58,794 nucleotides of DNA, taken from contig CAYUAG010000009.1 of the NCBI GenBank assembly GCA_964442615.1, forward strand, positions 1-58,794. The letters are read 5' to 3'. Below, piece after piece: positions 58,023-58,794 of the stretch. The position numbers and the translations under genes are program-made. Numbering within the stretch: position 1 is the first letter of the stretch; each line of letters opens with the position of its first letter. Under the pieces are notes generated by a model, which had not been told where the DNA came from, searched no databases, and saw nothing but the letters and a program-made list of their open reading frames with translations. The stretch is from an uncultured bacterium (GTDB lineage Bacteria; Zhuqueibacterota; QNDG01; CAYUAG01).

Positions 58023-58183
58023 TTTTTAAAAATTGAAAATAAAAGAGAGTGATGTTGTGATAAAAAAGTTTATGAAGATTTTTTAAGTAGTAAATTATAT
58101 TTATTGTGTTTTGAAAGAATTTAATTAGAATCAAGAGCGGATTTTATCGGAATTTGTATAATTATTTTGTGAAGGGGAAATTT

Positions 58184-58678
58184 ATGGCTATTATTTTTGA
58201 AAAAGATGATGATAATAACATCAAGATGGAACAATTGGTTAAACAATTAACTGAGATTGTAGTAGACGAAGTTAATGCTTATAAGTTGCTTTTGGATGCT
58301 TTGGTTGAACAACAATCAGCGATTTTAAAAGGAGATTCTGAATTTGTTTCAAATTCAAATATTGAAGTTGATAAAATCATAAAAAAAACAAAAGAACTGG
58401 GCAAACAAAGAAAAGGAACTTCTGAGGATTTTTTAGACTATTTGGAAGTTGCAGGAGAGATAAGCTTAGATAATATAATTCCTCATATTGAAACGAAGTA
58501 TGCAAAACGTTTAAAAGAGTTCAAAAATATTTTGAAAATTTTATCCGAAAAAGTTCAGACAACAAATAAACGGAATAAATATTTACTTGAAAATTCTTTT
58601 GAATTTGTAGATAAATGTTTAAAAATGCTAACTGAAGAACAAAATATGACAAAGAATTATACAATTTTCTTGAGATGA
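58184..58678 (+). CDS. flgN: Flagellar export chaperone FlgN, C-terminus probably truncated (ORF track start is 58154)
   Basis: Helical pattern L..I...E..AY..LL.AL.EQQ.AI..GD...L...R...L...N..N..LL..S..FV...L. ATG at 58184 follows AAGGGG. Confidence 0.75.
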   Translation: MAIIFEKDDDNNIKMEQLVKQLTEIVVDEVNAYKLLLDALVEQQSAILKGDSEFVSNSNIEVDKIIKKTKELGKQRKGTSEDFLDYLEVAGEISLDNIIPHIETKYAKRLKEFKNILKILSEKVQTTNKRNKYLLENSFEFVDKCLKMLTEEQNMTKNYTIFLR

Positions 58679-58792
58679 ATCGTCACCCTGAGAGATTGGT
58701 ATTTTATGGTGGAATTCTAAATCACATTTTGACCAACACCTTTCACATTTATGGCCTGCTCTTTCTAAAGAAATTTTTTTTACTATTTGTGA
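58628..58792 (-). pseudogene. HNH endonuclease remnant, open at the window edge
   Basis: Manual minus-strand translation SQIVKKNSLERAGHKCERCWSKCDLEFHHKIPISQGDDSSQENCIILCHILFFS* has CxxC, HH.IP.S.G and EN...LC, but lacks the final CxxCH. Overlaps flgN by 51 bp. Confidence 0.75.
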
Positions 58793-58794
58793 AA

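Overview
This is an AT-rich bacterial window. The T9SS-type C-terminal domain and the Reg_prop/Y_Y_Y sensors suggest an FCB-superphylum-like host, but I cannot determine the taxon. There are four zones. (1) 1-7.8 kb: the 3' part of a secreted protein, a decayed RAYT transposase flanked by inverted REP-like hairpins, an amino-acid transporter cluster (2 AGCS, 1 NSS, 1 NSS remnant) and initiator tRNA-Met. (2) 8.0-19.2 kb: a dense two-component cluster with 3 histidine kinases, 2 sigma54 bEBP response regulators and 3 small REC proteins, ending in a FleS/FleR-like pair. (3) 19.4-21.3 kb and 58.2-58.7 kb: only four flagellar genes (fliE, flgD, fliN, flgN), in canonical cluster order, three of them showing damage. 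Six GG-N10-GC sigma54 promoters lie in zones 2-4, and a tandem GGTAA-N3-TTACC-like site with 22-bp spacing sits about 90-140 bp upstream of each (five site pairs, one shared by the divergent promoters). (4) 21.75-56.75 kb: where the rest of the flagellar cluster would be, a 35-kb head-to-tail array of nine paralogous membrane sensor-phosphatases plus one fragment. Their architecture is beta-propellers, Y_Y_Y, TM, optional GAF/PAS, then SpoIIE/PP2C. The sensor domains are divergent, while the phosphatase domains are patchwork-homogenised at DNA level. An M23 peptidase and an HNH remnant lie near the right end. The best candidate for a new system is this recombining receptor-phosphatase array, which sits behind a sigma54 promoter inside a vestigial flagellar regulon. 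All alignments and motif calls were made by eye, without database searches.
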